Shown: positions 45,247 through 55,806, counted from the stretch's first letter. The stretch: 64,000 nucleotides of DNA from Alphaproteobacteria bacterium (GCA_017647405.1 JAGCKR010000019.1:1913-65912), one strand, 5' to 3'. The notes: generated from the sequence alone by a model not told the origin. Numbers and translations: made by a program.

Positions 45247-48054
45247 CTAAAAATTATATCGTAACTTTAAGAACCCACCATGATCTTGATATGATTTTCT
45301 AAACGAACCGGAATACTCTAAACTCAATGTTGTTTTTTCATTCAGCTCTGTTTCCAATCCGGCATTAATGGTTGCACTAAAACGAGATAACGCTTCTCCT
45401 TCAACAAGATAGGTGGTCCCATTAGCCAATGTATTAACCCCTTGCATATCATCTGTTTTCGCATCATAACCAAATAAAATACCTGCTGTTGGGCGAACAT
45501 TAAAGCCCTTCACTGCTTTATAAGGCATAGCAATATCTAATCCAGCCAAAACCGTGATGTAATCAGTAGAAACATTTCCAACATTCGTACCAAATGTATC
45601 TGTATATGACTCTTGATTAACTTTAATATATCGAAGACCTGTCTTCAAGGTTAAAAGAGTATTTCTATAAGAAATATCATATCCAACAATGCCTTGAACA
45701 GCTAAAGAATCAACATTATATGTAGCCGTTCCTTTTGAAGAAAGAATTGTTTTTTCTTCTTCATATTCTCCCCGTGTATACAAAAACAATCCATCCACAA
45801 ACCAATTAGATGGCTGATATCTCAAATATCCAAAAGCGGTATTATTATGAATTGTTGTCTCACGGCCATCCTGATAAATATCCCCATATGAATAAGCATA
45901 TCCGAGACCAAGTGTTAAAGCCTCATTTGCTTTTGTTTGAACCCCTAAAACACCCCCTGCTCCATTGATTTTATAGTCACTATGAGAGGTATCTTTTGTT
46001 TGGGAATAAAAGGCCTTCGTCCAAACAGAAGCTCTGGCCGTTTCATCACCACCGGAATGACCGATTGTTTCAGATTTTCCTTGAATATTTAAATTAATCG
46101 CTGACATAAGAGTCCCAACCTGCTCCACAGCAACTGATTGCGCCATGGTTGCCGAATTTAACCCCACCACATCAAGTGCCTTTGTTGCTTTTTTGACTGT
46201 TGCCCTATTGCCAGAATTCAAACCGGATAATAATTCGCGTTGCATCTTATTAAATGAAAGATTATTTCCTTCTCCACTTTTTAAGGCAACAAAAGCGCCA
46301 ACTTTATTCAAATCACCTTCAAATAAAACGGGTTTATTTTCCGTTTTCTTTAATTCAAAAGAATAACTACCATTTTTTAAATCAATAAAAGTATATTCAC
46401 CGTTTGAATTCATAATTAAAGGCAACGATACAATCTCATCCATTGAAAAAATCTGATAAACACCGGTTTCAAAATTATCACCTAAATCAAATTTTATGCT
46501 TGAACCATTTTGAGCTTCAAGTTTTTCCCCTGTTATTTTTCCATAATCCGATAAACCGTTTAAGGTGACTTTCAGGGTTGAATTTTCACCCAAAACCAAT
46601 TCCTTTACAGTAACATCCAGTGTTTTTACATCAAAAACAGAATTTTCTGCAATTTCAAATTTTGCAACTTTAAACCTATTCTTAACCCGTTCCCCCAAAA
46701 GCATACCTTTGCTGACTATATCCGTATTTAATTCAAAGTCATCCGGAATATCCAAAATCGCCCCCTCATTCAAAACAAGGCCATTAAGCGCTATTGATCC
46801 TTTCCCATCTAATTTTAGCGAAGAAGAAACCGTTGTAAGCCCTGAAATCTTCACTTCATCATTTTCATTTGTTGCAAGCAAAGAAACATATCCATCATCA
46901 ATGGATAATGTCCCTTGAATATCCGTATTGATTAGTGTTGCCTGTCCTGTATTAACAACATCTTTTAAAATTGAATTTTTAGCTATTAAAACATCACCAT
47001 TTTGAATCAGTCCTGAATTTTGTCCTAAAATTTGCACATTATTTAGTTCAACCGTTCCAGAATTTGCTGCACTTTTTATAACCGTTTTTGCATCTTTAAT
47101 AATTAAATCTTTAATCAAAAGAGATGTTTTTGAATCTTCTTGTTGGCTTTTTAAATCAAACAGATTATTACCATTTGCTAAAATAGTGCTCGTTGGTGTT
47201 GCATTTGTTTCAAGACCTTTAATAATTTTATTACCCGCACCGGTTGTCCCTAAATCAGACGATAAATTATAGTCAGCCTGCTTATCATGAAAAAATAAAC
47301 TATCCCCCTGATATTGGTTTAAACTTAACAATGTTGAATCATCCGTTTGTCCTTTATAAGTGAACTCCACAGATTGCAATGGCGAACTAACATTAGATGA
47401 CTCATTTCGAACAACTTTTGTTATACTTGCATAACCATTCGTTGAGGCAGCATAAACTTCCTTTCCTTCAAATGCTGATCTAAATTCAGCCTTCCCATCC
47501 AATGGTTGGAACTTATCTTTTGAAATATTTGTATCAACTGAAATCAACAAAGGATCAAAATCAAACAGGTAAGAAGTATCTGTTGCAATGAATTTATCTG
47601 AACCGTTATTTGTTATATAAAAAGCAAGCGATGCCCCTTCTCCAGTGATATTTTTAAATTGAACACGTTGCTCGCCTTTATTATCCTCAAATCTTATATC
47701 AAGAACACTTGCATCATCAAATGAATATGTTATATTTTCATATGCAAAACCATATCCATCAACATTAACCCACGCATTTTGAAATTCAACCGGACCAGTG
47801 TCATTTTCTGAATCTGCTTCTAAATCCATATACATCTCAAAAACACCATTGGAAAATAGACGATATTTTGGAAAATTATTTTGCACACTCACAGGTTCTT
47901 GCATTGTGCCACCCAAAACAGCTTTTTGTTCTTCTGAATAAGCAAAAGAAGAAAATCCAATCAAAGATATATACATCCCACAAAAAATGCTTTTTATCAA
48001 AAAACATCTATATCTTTTAAGCAGTTCTTTTAATGCCGTCCTTGATAACTTCAT
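45247..48054 (-). CDS. Autotransporter (type Va), paralogous to the giant autotransporter in its N-terminal leader and C-terminal beta-barrel.
   Basis: 935 aa. The N-terminus MKLSRTALKELLKRYRCFL matches the MQNLSKTALKELKKRYKDVL leader of the 28379..35872 protein. The C-terminal roughly 280 aa align with that protein (VWTKAFYSQTKDTSHSDYKINGAGGVLGVQTK versus VWGKAFYSHTKNSSNGNYKINGTGGILALQTQ) and end in ...LKLRYNF. Confidence 0.8.
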   Translation of the reverse strand: MKLSRTALKELLKRYRCFLIKSIFCGMYISLIGFSSFAYSEEQKAVLGGTMQEPVSVQNNFPKYRLFSNGVFEMYMDLEADSENDTGPVEFQNAWVNVDGYGFAYENITYSFDDASVLDIRFEDNKGEQRVQFKNITGEGASLAFYITNNGSDKFIATDTSYLFDFDPLLISVDTNISKDKFQPLDGKAEFRSAFEGKEVYAASTNGYASITKVVRNESSNVSSPLQSVEFTYKGQTDDSTLLSLNQYQGDSLFFHDKQADYNLSSDLGTTGAGNKIIKGLETNATPTSTILANGNNLFDLKSQQEDSKTSLLIKDLIIKDAKTVIKSAANSGTVELNNVQILGQNSGLIQNGDVLIAKNSILKDVVNTGQATLINTDIQGTLSIDDGYVSLLATNENDEVKISGLTTVSSSLKLDGKGSIALNGLVLNEGAILDIPDDFELNTDIVSKGMLLGERVKNRFKVAKFEIAENSVFDVKTLDVTVKELVLGENSTLKVTLNGLSDYGKITGEKLEAQNGSSIKFDLGDNFETGVYQIFSMDEIVSLPLIMNSNGEYTFIDLKNGSYSFELKKTENKPVLFEGDLNKVGAFVALKSGEGNNLSFNKMQRELLSGLNSGNRATVKKATKALDVVGLNSATMAQSVAVEQVGTLMSAINLNIQGKSETIGHSGGDETARASVWTKAFYSQTKDTSHSDYKINGAGGVLGVQTKANEALTLGLGYAYSYGDIYQDGRETTIHNNTAFGYLRYQPSNWFVDGLFLYTRGEYEEEKTILSSKGTATYNVDSLAVQGIVGYDISYRNTLLTLKTGLRYIKVNQESYTDTFGTNVGNVSTDYITVLAGLDIAMPYKAVKGFNVRPTAGILFGYDAKTDDMQGVNTLANGTTYLVEGEALSRFSATINAGLETELNEKTTLSLEYSGSFRKSYQDHGGFLKLRYNF

Positions 48055-48170
48055 AACTGTCTCCCCACTGTAAATGGACTTTTAAAACGTTCATTTATCC
48101 TTTCCTTTTTATATTTTAAAGGGAAACACTATAAAGCGCAAGCATTTTCTTTTTTAATCATAATACAGGC

Positions 48171-50939
48171 TTATGCCATTTTTCCATCAGTAGAAATAAA
48201 AGCAACTCTTCTATCTTGAGAAATTCCTTCCGCTGTATATTCCGGAACAACTTCACCTGTTTCATTTAACTTTTGCTGAACGTTTTGCCTTGTTTCTTCA
48301 ACATCATTCGTAGCTCCAGGACGATAACTAAATCTATCTAAAATACGCCCCCTATGATGCGCACGATCATGTCCTTTATTATCAATACAGCGCTCTGCTG
48401 TTAATATTGTTACGGCATAAGATCTTAATTGATTATCAGATAACTCTCTGGCAATTAAATTTGAATAAACTCTGTTTAAGGATTTTCCATCACTTGAACG
48501 AAATAAATCAGACACACGTCGATATTCTCCACCTTCAATCATTAAATATTCTTGAGGATGATAAAATTCTCGGGCTTGATACAAACGATACAAATATACA
48601 TCAGCATTGCTTTCACCATTTGGGCCTTTGGGTAAAAGTCCCATTTCTTCCATTCGGCGAATATTACTTATAGCCGTTTGGTATGGTGTCGGTCTATTCC
48701 GATTGCGCCGGCCTCGTCTTCTGTGATCAAGTCGTTCCCGATTTCTTCCATTCGCAAAATCCAACACTTCACTGTGATCTATTCTGGATTCATCTTCTCC
48801 TAAATCACCATATTGATGCCGAATTACTTGAACTTGATTTTGTTGCTCTCCTTGTGGTGACACAGCATTTGGTTGAGTACCCTCAGCTGTCGGGCGTTCC
48901 AGCGTTGGTGCCGGACTATCCGTCGGAGCTGGATTATTCTCAGTTGTCGAGCTTTCCGGCGTTGGTACCGACCTATCCGCCGGAGCAGGATTATTCTCGG
49001 TTGTCGGATGTTCCGGCGCTGTCGCTTCTCTATTCGCAGGAACTGGATTATTCTCAGTTGTCGGATGTTCCGGCGCTGTCGCTTCTCTATTCGCAGGAGC
49101 AGGATTATCCTCAGCTATCGGGCGTTCCGCCTCTGGCGCTTCTCTATCCGCAGGAGCTGGAATAACCTGTGGTTGCGAATTTGATACAGAATCTTGTTCA
49201 GGCTTTGGGTCTAAACTGTCGGACGGCAGAACATCCGTTGATTCTTCAACCAGATTCCTTTCTCTTTCAGAATTTTCAACTACCGGCGTATCCGACAAGA
49301 TAGCTGATTGACCTTCTTCCAATACCGAATTTTCAGATTCTGAATTAAAATCAATATCAGAATCTATCCCTGTTTGCAAACCAATATTTTCAAGACCTAC
49401 AACCTCATCTGATTCAACCCCTTCAAGAAGCCCATTTAAATCTTCAGGAGGCAATACATCCGTGGTTTGTACATCCACTTGAATTGGAATAACTGGATCT
49501 AAATTCAATTCAACAGGTGGAACCTCTATCTTCCTTATCCTTCTTTCTTCAGCACTTTCTTCTGAAGGGATATATTCCAAAAATGAAATTTCAGATAATC
49601 CTCTCTTAAGCGCCTCATTATTCCCAACTAATGCAAGTAGTTCTTGTTCCCTTTCCGTGCTTATTTGAACATTTTGCTCTTTATAAATTCTTACTAATTG
49701 GTTAGCCGTTACAAAATGCCTATTTTCAAGTGCTTCTTTTAAACTATAATAAGCCATTTCAGAAGCATTATTAGCTTCTTGCCTTGCATTTAATACATAT
49801 TTAATTCCAAGAGAATCCGCAGAACAACTCCCTTGATTCCTTGCCTGTTGTAAAGTTATATTTTGAGTAATCATTTCTATTGCTCTTCGCTCCTCTGCAT
49901 TAGGCAAAGAAATATCTGCTCCATGATTCAATAAATAAACAACAACATTTAAATTATCATTCGCAACCGCTTCATGTAAAGGCGTTGTACCCTGATTGCT
50001 TTTTGCATTCACATCGGCCCCATGAGTAACAAGTTCTTGAATAATTGTCATATTCCCTTTATATGAAGCATAATGCAAGGCTGTGAGTCCATCTTTATTA
50101 GGAAGACAAACATCGGCACCCTTATCGATTAAAAACAAAACATTTTCTTCTGAGTTGAATTCACGTGGTAACGATAATACTGATACTAACGGTGTGTTCC
50201 CCTTATTATCTTGAATATTTAAATTTGCACCACTTTCCACCATCAAAGATAACACTTCTGTTGATTGAGATTCTATTGCGATATGCAAAGGGGTTCTTCC
50301 ATATTGATTTCGAAAATTTAAATTGATTCCTGTTGATAAAAGCTCTTGCCACACATCTTCATTTCCACAAGAAGCAGCAATGTTCCCGATCGAATTACCG
50401 TTAAAATCTGTGCCAGAAAGACATACGCCATCTTTAATTTTTTGAATAGCCGTCTCTAAATTACCATCCTCTAAGTCCCTCATAATCGAATTAACATTAT
50501 ACCGTCTAGAATTATTTATTAATCTCTTAATTTCATCATCTGTTGCCACTTCAGCAGGTGTATCTCCCCTAAAAATACTACGCCACCTTGTTCTTGCCGT
50601 TGCATCAAATCCTGCATTTAAAAGATATTGAACAATATCTCTATGTCCATTTTGTGCCGCCAAATGAAGGGGCGTATATCCTTGAATGGCATCAACCGTA
50701 CCAATTTTTACGTCATTTTTTATCCCCCAACTTTTGGCGCCATTGGCAAGCAAAAAACGAACAGCCTCCACATGCCCACTTTCAGCAGCATAATGAAGCA
50801 AGGTGACAGCATTTTGATCAGCGGCATTAATATTATTGGCACGGGCATTAATAAATGACTGTAATTTTGCAATGACATTCTCATCCTTTGTTTGAATAGC
50901 CATTACAATTTCTTGAAAAGTTGGAACCTGATTTGTCAT
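48171..50939 (-). CDS. Ankyrin-repeat protein with a C-terminal Pro-rich tandem-repeat region and a basic C-terminal domain.
   Basis: At least 9 ANK repeats in the N-terminal half (for example NGNTPLVSV, DGLTALHYASYKGNMTIIQELVTHGADVN). The likely start is the ATG at 50939, preceded by an AGGGAGG RBS; the ORF track extends to 51062. The central region has 19-aa Pro-rich repeats (NNPAPANREATAPEHPTTE). Confidence 0.8.
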   Translation of the reverse strand: MTNQVPTFQEIVMAIQTKDENVIAKLQSFINARANNINAADQNAVTLLHYAAESGHVEAVRFLLANGAKSWGIKNDVKIGTVDAIQGYTPLHLAAQNGHRDIVQYLLNAGFDATARTRWRSIFRGDTPAEVATDDEIKRLINNSRRYNVNSIMRDLEDGNLETAIQKIKDGVCLSGTDFNGNSIGNIAASCGNEDVWQELLSTGINLNFRNQYGRTPLHIAIESQSTEVLSLMVESGANLNIQDNKGNTPLVSVLSLPREFNSEENVLFLIDKGADVCLPNKDGLTALHYASYKGNMTIIQELVTHGADVNAKSNQGTTPLHEAVANDNLNVVVYLLNHGADISLPNAEERRAIEMITQNITLQQARNQGSCSADSLGIKYVLNARQEANNASEMAYYSLKEALENRHFVTANQLVRIYKEQNVQISTEREQELLALVGNNEALKRGLSEISFLEYIPSEESAEERRIRKIEVPPVELNLDPVIPIQVDVQTTDVLPPEDLNGLLEGVESDEVVGLENIGLQTGIDSDIDFNSESENSVLEEGQSAILSDTPVVENSERERNLVEESTDVLPSDSLDPKPEQDSVSNSQPQVIPAPADREAPEAERPIAEDNPAPANREATAPEHPTTENNPVPANREATAPEHPTTENNPAPADRSVPTPESSTTENNPAPTDSPAPTLERPTAEGTQPNAVSPQGEQQNQVQVIRHQYGDLGEDESRIDHSEVLDFANGRNRERLDHRRRGRRNRNRPTPYQTAISNIRRMEEMGLLPKGPNGESNADVYLYRLYQAREFYHPQEYLMIEGGEYRRVSDLFRSSDGKSLNRVYSNLIARELSDNQLRSYAVTILTAERCIDNKGHDRAHHRGRILDRFSYRPGATNDVEETRQNVQQKLNETGEVVPEYTAEGISQDRRVAFISTDGKMA
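48870..49185. repeat. Tandem 57-bp repeats (about 5 copies) inside the ankyrin gene, encoding 19-aa Pro-rich units.
   Basis: Units such as CCGGCGCTGTCGCTTCTCTATTCGCAGGAACTGGATTATTCTCAGTTGTCGGATGTT repeat at 49014 and 49071 (near-identical), with more diverged copies at 48900 and 48957. The antisense ORFs 48683..49184 are artefacts of the repeat. Confidence 0.8.
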
Positions 50940-51267
50940 AACAACGCCCTCCCTTTTTATTACACTATATCTATTATACCATAAAAATTGAAATTTTGTA
51001 AATTTTTTTGTCATAACAACAAAAATACTCACAAGAGCTAAAAGCACTTCATAACCCTTCAACTACACTATAATCGATATTTTTTTGATGTTTTTTTATA
51101 GCAAGTAGATTTTTTTATTTCCGGCCTTTTCTATAAAAAAACCTTTAAAAGACATAAAAGATATTAGACAAAGTGACCCATTAATTCACCAACACCAGAG
51201 GTGTGGCATTAGAAGCGTTGTAAAGTAATAGATACGAAGAAACTTTAAATGAGCTGTGTACACTGCG

Positions 51268-51300
51268 ACAAAAAAACAATAAAAGTAATTATTGTTTTTT
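51268..51300. terminator. Perfect 13-bp AT-rich hairpin (A7...T7), candidate bidirectional terminator.
   Basis: AAAAAAACAATAAaagtaaTTATTGTTTTTTT. Confidence 0.4.
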
Positions 51301-51551
51301 TGGTGATAAGCAATGAGACTCCTTGAGAAAGTGTTATTCCAAAATAACACTGAGCGAAAGGTTAGTCGGAATTGAAGTACATGAGAGTTTGGGTTTCGAT
51401 TTAGATGCACTTTAAAAACCCCAGCCTCAAAGAACAATCTCTTAAAAACGCGCCCCTAAGAGGCAAATAAAAACCCTTAGCGACCCGTAGTGTACAAAAA
51501 AGCGTACATGAGGGAAGCTAAGGGTTTATTAGTTGCCCTTAGAGAGCGTTT

Positions 51552-53831
51552 TTAAATTTTTTCGTGGAATGTTCTGCTAATAACATCCATTTGTTGCTCA
51601 CGTGTGAGCTTAATGAAGTTAACAGCATAACCAGAAACACGAATGGTTAATTGCGGATATTGTTCCGGATGTTCCATTGCGTCTTTAAGTGTTTCACGAT
51701 TAAGAACGTTCACATTGATGTGTTGTCCTGAATTTCCACAATAACCATCTAACAAGCTTGTGAGGTTATTGATTTGAATTTCTTTTGTTTTACCCAAAGA
51801 ATTTGGAATAATCGTGAATGTATTTGAAATACCATCTTGTGCATGTTCAAATGGTAATTTTGCAACTGAGCACAAAGAAGCAATAGCACCGTTTGTATCG
51901 CGTCCATGCAATGGGTTAGCCCCTGGAGCAAACGGAACACCAGCTTGACGACCATCAGGTGTTGCCCCTGTTTTCTTACCATACACAACGTTTGACGTAA
52001 TTGTCAAAATAGATTGTGTTGGAATGGCGTTGCGATAGATCGGCAAACGACGGATTTTATCCATAAATTGTTTAACAACTCTGCGAGCAATGCTATCTAC
52101 ACGTTCATCATTGTTACCATATTTCGGATAATCGCCTTCGATTTCAAAGTTTGTTGCCAAACCTCTTTCATCACGGATAACTTTAACTTTGGCATGTTTA
52201 ACAGCTGACAAAGAGTCAACAACGATTGATAACCCGGCAATACCGCAACCAAGTGTTCTGACAACATCTTTATCATGCAAAGCAAGCATTGATTTTTCAT
52301 AAGAATATTTATCATGCATATAATGAATGATGTTCAAAGCATTAACATATGTTTCAGCCAACCAATCCATCATTTTATCAAATTTGCGTTCTAATTCTTC
52401 AATTTCAAGGTATTCACCTGTCATTGGAGCAAATTCAGGACCAACTTGTGCACCTGATTTTTCATCTTTACCACCGTTGATGGCATAAAGAAGTGTTTTA
52501 GCCAAGTTAGCACGAGCACCAAAGAATTGCATTTGTTTACCAATACGCATTGGAGATACACAGCAAGCAATACCATAGTCATCACCAAAGAAACCACGCA
52601 TCAAGTCATCATTTTCGTATTGGATGGATGATGTGTCAATTGAAACTTTAGCACAGAATTTTTTGAAACCTTCTGGTAAATGATTTGACCAAAGAACTGT
52701 CAAGTTTGGTTCCGGAGCCGGACCTAAGTTATAAAGTGTGTGTAAAACACGGAAAGAGTTCTTTGTAACCAAAGTTCTACCGTCAATACCCATACCACCG
52801 ATTGATTCTGTTACCCAAACCGGATCGCCAGAGAAAAGTTCATTGTATTCTGGTGTTCTTAAGAAACGAACCATACGGAGTTTAATAACCAAATCATCCA
52901 TCATTTCTTGAGCTTCTGATTCCGTAATCACACCGTTTTCGATATCACGGTTGATATAAATGTCAAGGAATGTTGAAATACGGCCGATTGACATAGCAGC
53001 ACCATTTTGATCTTTAATGGCAGCTAAGTAACCAAAATATGTCCATTGAATGGCTTCTTTTGCATTTGTAGCTGGTTTTGAAATATCTAAACCATATTCA
53101 GCAGCCATTTTTTTCATATCATTCAAAGCGTTGATTTGTTCAGCAATTTCTTCGCGTTCGCGGATAACATCAGCTGTCATAGATGACAAATCTGTCAAAG
53201 CTTTTTGTTCGTTTTTATCTTGGATTAAACGATCGATACCATAAAGAGCAATACGGCGATAGTCACCAATGATACGGCCACGGCCATAAGCATCTGGAAG
53301 ACCGGTAATAATACCGCTCTTACGGCAAGAACGAATATCTGGTGTATAAGCATCAAAAACACCGTCATTGTGCGTTTTTCTATATGTTGTGAAAACTTCT
53401 GTTACTTTCGGATCCAATTCCAAATTATAAGCTTGGCAAGAACCTTCAACCATACGGTAACCACCATAAGGCATCAAAGCTCTTTTAAGTGGAGCATCTG
53501 TTTGAAGACCAACAATAACTTCTTCGTCTTTATTGATATAACCGGCTTTATGTGAAGTAATTGATGAAACAACAGATGTATCAGCATCCAAAAGACCGTT
53601 GTTTTCACGTTCTTTTTTCATAAGTTCAGCAACTGTTTTCCACATTTTTTCTGTGCGAGCTGTTGCCGGAGCTAAGAATGAATCATCACCTTCATATGGT
53701 GTATAGTTATTGACAATAAAATCACGAACGTTGATTTCATCTTGCCATTTACTTGTTTTAAAGCCTTCCCAAGCTTTTACTGATGAATTTTCCATAGATT
53801 TTATATCCTTTTTTATGTTATTTCCGACCAA
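51552..53831 (-). CDS. pflB: Formate C-acetyltransferase (pyruvate formate-lyase, glycyl radical enzyme).
   Basis: 759 aa. The C-terminal glycyl-radical motif [27 protein letters not shown] and the active-site Cys-Cys (GIACCVSPM) are present. Confidence 0.9.
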   Translation of the reverse strand: MVGNNIKKDIKSMENSSVKAWEGFKTSKWQDEINVRDFIVNNYTPYEGDDSFLAPATARTEKMWKTVAELMKKERENNGLLDADTSVVSSITSHKAGYINKDEEVIVGLQTDAPLKRALMPYGGYRMVEGSCQAYNLELDPKVTEVFTTYRKTHNDGVFDAYTPDIRSCRKSGIITGLPDAYGRGRIIGDYRRIALYGIDRLIQDKNEQKALTDLSSMTADVIREREEIAEQINALNDMKKMAAEYGLDISKPATNAKEAIQWTYFGYLAAIKDQNGAAMSIGRISTFLDIYINRDIENGVITESEAQEMMDDLVIKLRMVRFLRTPEYNELFSGDPVWVTESIGGMGIDGRTLVTKNSFRVLHTLYNLGPAPEPNLTVLWSNHLPEGFKKFCAKVSIDTSSIQYENDDLMRGFFGDDYGIACCVSPMRIGKQMQFFGARANLAKTLLYAINGGKDEKSGAQVGPEFAPMTGEYLEIEELERKFDKMMDWLAETYVNALNIIHYMHDKYSYEKSMLALHDKDVVRTLGCGIAGLSIVVDSLSAVKHAKVKVIRDERGLATNFEIEGDYPKYGNNDERVDSIARRVVKQFMDKIRRLPIYRNAIPTQSILTITSNVVYGKKTGATPDGRQAGVPFAPGANPLHGRDTNGAIASLCSVAKLPFEHAQDGISNTFTIIPNSLGKTKEIQINNLTSLLDGYCGNSGQHINVNVLNRETLKDAMEHPEQYPQLTIRVSGYAVNFIKLTREQQMDVISRTFHEKI

Positions 53832-54011
53832 ATAAGCTTCATTAAAAACTTACAAAACCCCTTTTTCTTAAGGCTTTTTATAGGCCCGGATGTCTTGGTG
53901 CGGATTTTAGCACGAAGGTTTTTATTTTGCAAGATTTTTTTTATTGTTTTCATAAAATCGTCATCAAAAAAACAAGATAAAAAAATATTCTTTTTAGACA
54001 ATATTTTTAAA

Positions 54012-54051
54012 CAAAATATAAAAAATACCGCACCCACTTAGGATGCGGTAT
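54012..54051 (-). terminator. Rho-independent terminator of rpsA.
   Basis: ATACCGCAcccacttaggaTGCGGTAT is an 8-bp stem. On the minus strand it is followed by TTTTTATAT, and it lies 25 nt after the rpsA stop. Confidence 0.65.
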
Positions 54052-54075
54052 CTTTTAAAGATAAAGAACTAAAAA

Positions 54076-55806
54076 TTATTCTGCGTCTGTTGTTTCAGCA
54101 GCTTCTTCTTTAGCAGCTTTTTTCTTTGTTGTTTTTTTAGCTTTTGCCAAAGCATCACCTAAAATGTCACCCAAAGAAGCACCAGCATTGGTTGAACCAA
54201 ATTCTTCCATAGCTGCTTTTTCTTCAGCAACTTCACGAGCTTTGATTGACAATGTCAATTTGCGTGTTTTAGCATCAAATGATGTGACTTTAGCATCAAC
54301 TTTTTCACCGATTGCAAAGCGTTCTGTTTTTTGTTCTGAACGATCTTTTGCAAGATCTGTGCGTTTGATGAAACCTTTAACGCCGTTAACTTCAACTTCG
54401 ATACCACCTTCTTCAATGTTTGAAACGATACCTGTAACAATTTCACCTTTTTTGATTTTGTCTGAAGCATCAGCAAACGGATCTTGAGTTAATTGCTTAA
54501 TACCCAAAGAAATACGTTCTTTTTCAACATCGATGTCCAAAACTTTAGCTTTGACAACCATGCCTTTTTTGTAATCTTTGATAGCTTCTTCGCTTGATTT
54601 TTCCCATGAAAGATCTGATGTATGAATCATACCATCGATTTCATCGTTCAATGCAATAAAGATACCGAATTCGATCATATTTTTGATTTCGCCTTCGATT
54701 TCATCACCGATTGCATGTGTATCAGCAAAAGCTTTCCAAGGATTTTCTTGAATTTGTTTCATACCAAGTGAAATACGGCGTTTTGATTCATCAACATCCA
54801 AAACAATACCTTCAACTTCTTGACTCAATGAAACGATTTTGCTTGGGTGAACGTTTTTCTTTGTCCAGCTCATTTCTGAAACATGGATTAAACCTTCAAC
54901 ACCATTTGCTAATTCAACAAATGCACCGTAATCCGTGATATTGCTGATTTTTCCTTTGAAAGAAGCACCAACCGGGAATTTTTCATTTACACCGACCCAT
55001 GGATCGCTTTCAAGTTGTTTCATACCAAGTGAAATACGGCCTGTATCTGTGTTAAATTTGATAATTTGAACAGTAACAGGTTGACCAACCGTCAAAACTT
55101 CACCCGGATTTGTGATACGTTTCCATGAAATATCTGTAACATGCAATAAACCGTCAACACCGCCTAAATCAACGAATGCACCGTAATCAGTGATGTTTTT
55201 AACAGTTCCTTCAACGATTTGACCTTCTGAAAGGTTTTTGATAATTTCAGAACGTTGTTCAGCTCTTGTTTCTTCCAAAACAGCACGACGAGAAACAACA
55301 ATATTTCCACGAACTCTGTCCATTTTCAAAAGAGCGAACGGTTGAGCAACACCCATAAGCGGTGTAATATCTCTGATCGGACGAACATCAATTTGTGAAC
55401 CAGGTAAGAAAGCTGTTGCGCCATTTAAATCAACTGTGAACCCACCTTTAACACGACCAAAAATCGTTCCGATAACATGTTCGCCAGCTGCCAATGATTT
55501 TTCCAAATCACCCCAAACTTCTTCACGGCGAGCTTTTTCACGTGATAAAACAACATTACCGTCTTTGTCTTCATAACGATCAACAAAAACATCAACGCTA
55601 TCATCCAAATTCAATGTTTGTGCGCCGAATTCTGAAACAGGAATACGACCTTCTGATTTTAAACCAACGTCAACTGTGACGTAGTCATCATCAAAACCAA
55701 CGATTTTGCCGGAAACAACTTTGCCTTGCAAAGAACCTTTACCCATAAATTCGTCTAATAATGCGCCAAAATCTTCTGCCGGCATTTGGTTTTCAATTGT
55801 ACTCAT
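54076..55806 (-). CDS. rpsA: 30S ribosomal protein S1.
   Basis: 576 aa with six S1 domains. It sits downstream of cmk, as in the conserved cmk-rpsA operon. Confidence 0.95.
   Translation of the reverse strand: MSTIENQMPAEDFGALLDEFMGKGSLQGKVVSGKIVGFDDDYVTVDVGLKSEGRIPVSEFGAQTLNLDDSVDVFVDRYEDKDGNVVLSREKARREEVWGDLEKSLAAGEHVIGTIFGRVKGGFTVDLNGATAFLPGSQIDVRPIRDITPLMGVAQPFALLKMDRVRGNIVVSRRAVLEETRAEQRSEIIKNLSEGQIVEGTVKNITDYGAFVDLGGVDGLLHVTDISWKRITNPGEVLTVGQPVTVQIIKFNTDTGRISLGMKQLESDPWVGVNEKFPVGASFKGKISNITDYGAFVELANGVEGLIHVSEMSWTKKNVHPSKIVSLSQEVEGIVLDVDESKRRISLGMKQIQENPWKAFADTHAIGDEIEGEIKNMIEFGIFIALNDEIDGMIHTSDLSWEKSSEEAIKDYKKGMVVKAKVLDIDVEKERISLGIKQLTQDPFADASDKIKKGEIVTGIVSNIEEGGIEVEVNGVKGFIKRTDLAKDRSEQKTERFAIGEKVDAKVTSFDAKTRKLTLSIKAREVAEEKAAMEEFGSTNAGASLGDILGDALAKAKKTTKKKAAKEEAAETTDAE

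Noticed and set aside
48683-49184. Plus-strand ORFs (160 aa and 103 aa) antisense to the ankyrin gene, with repetitive CRAFRRW/LSGVPALV translations.
   Set aside because: They lie exactly over the 57-bp tandem repeats. The periodic open frames are a by-product of the repeat on the opposite strand of a well-supported long CDS.
51181-51545. Possible tmRNA (ssrA) or other housekeeping ncRNA in the hairpin-rich intergenic region. ORF 51186..51437 also falls here.
   Set aside because: I scanned both strands for a tag-peptide reading frame ending in ALAA-stop and for a T-arm plus CCA acceptor. I found only ALEAL* and nothing resembling GGTTCGAATCC. The 83-aa ORF has no RBS and a hydrophobic nonsense composition. 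I therefore kept the region only as a candidate structured element.
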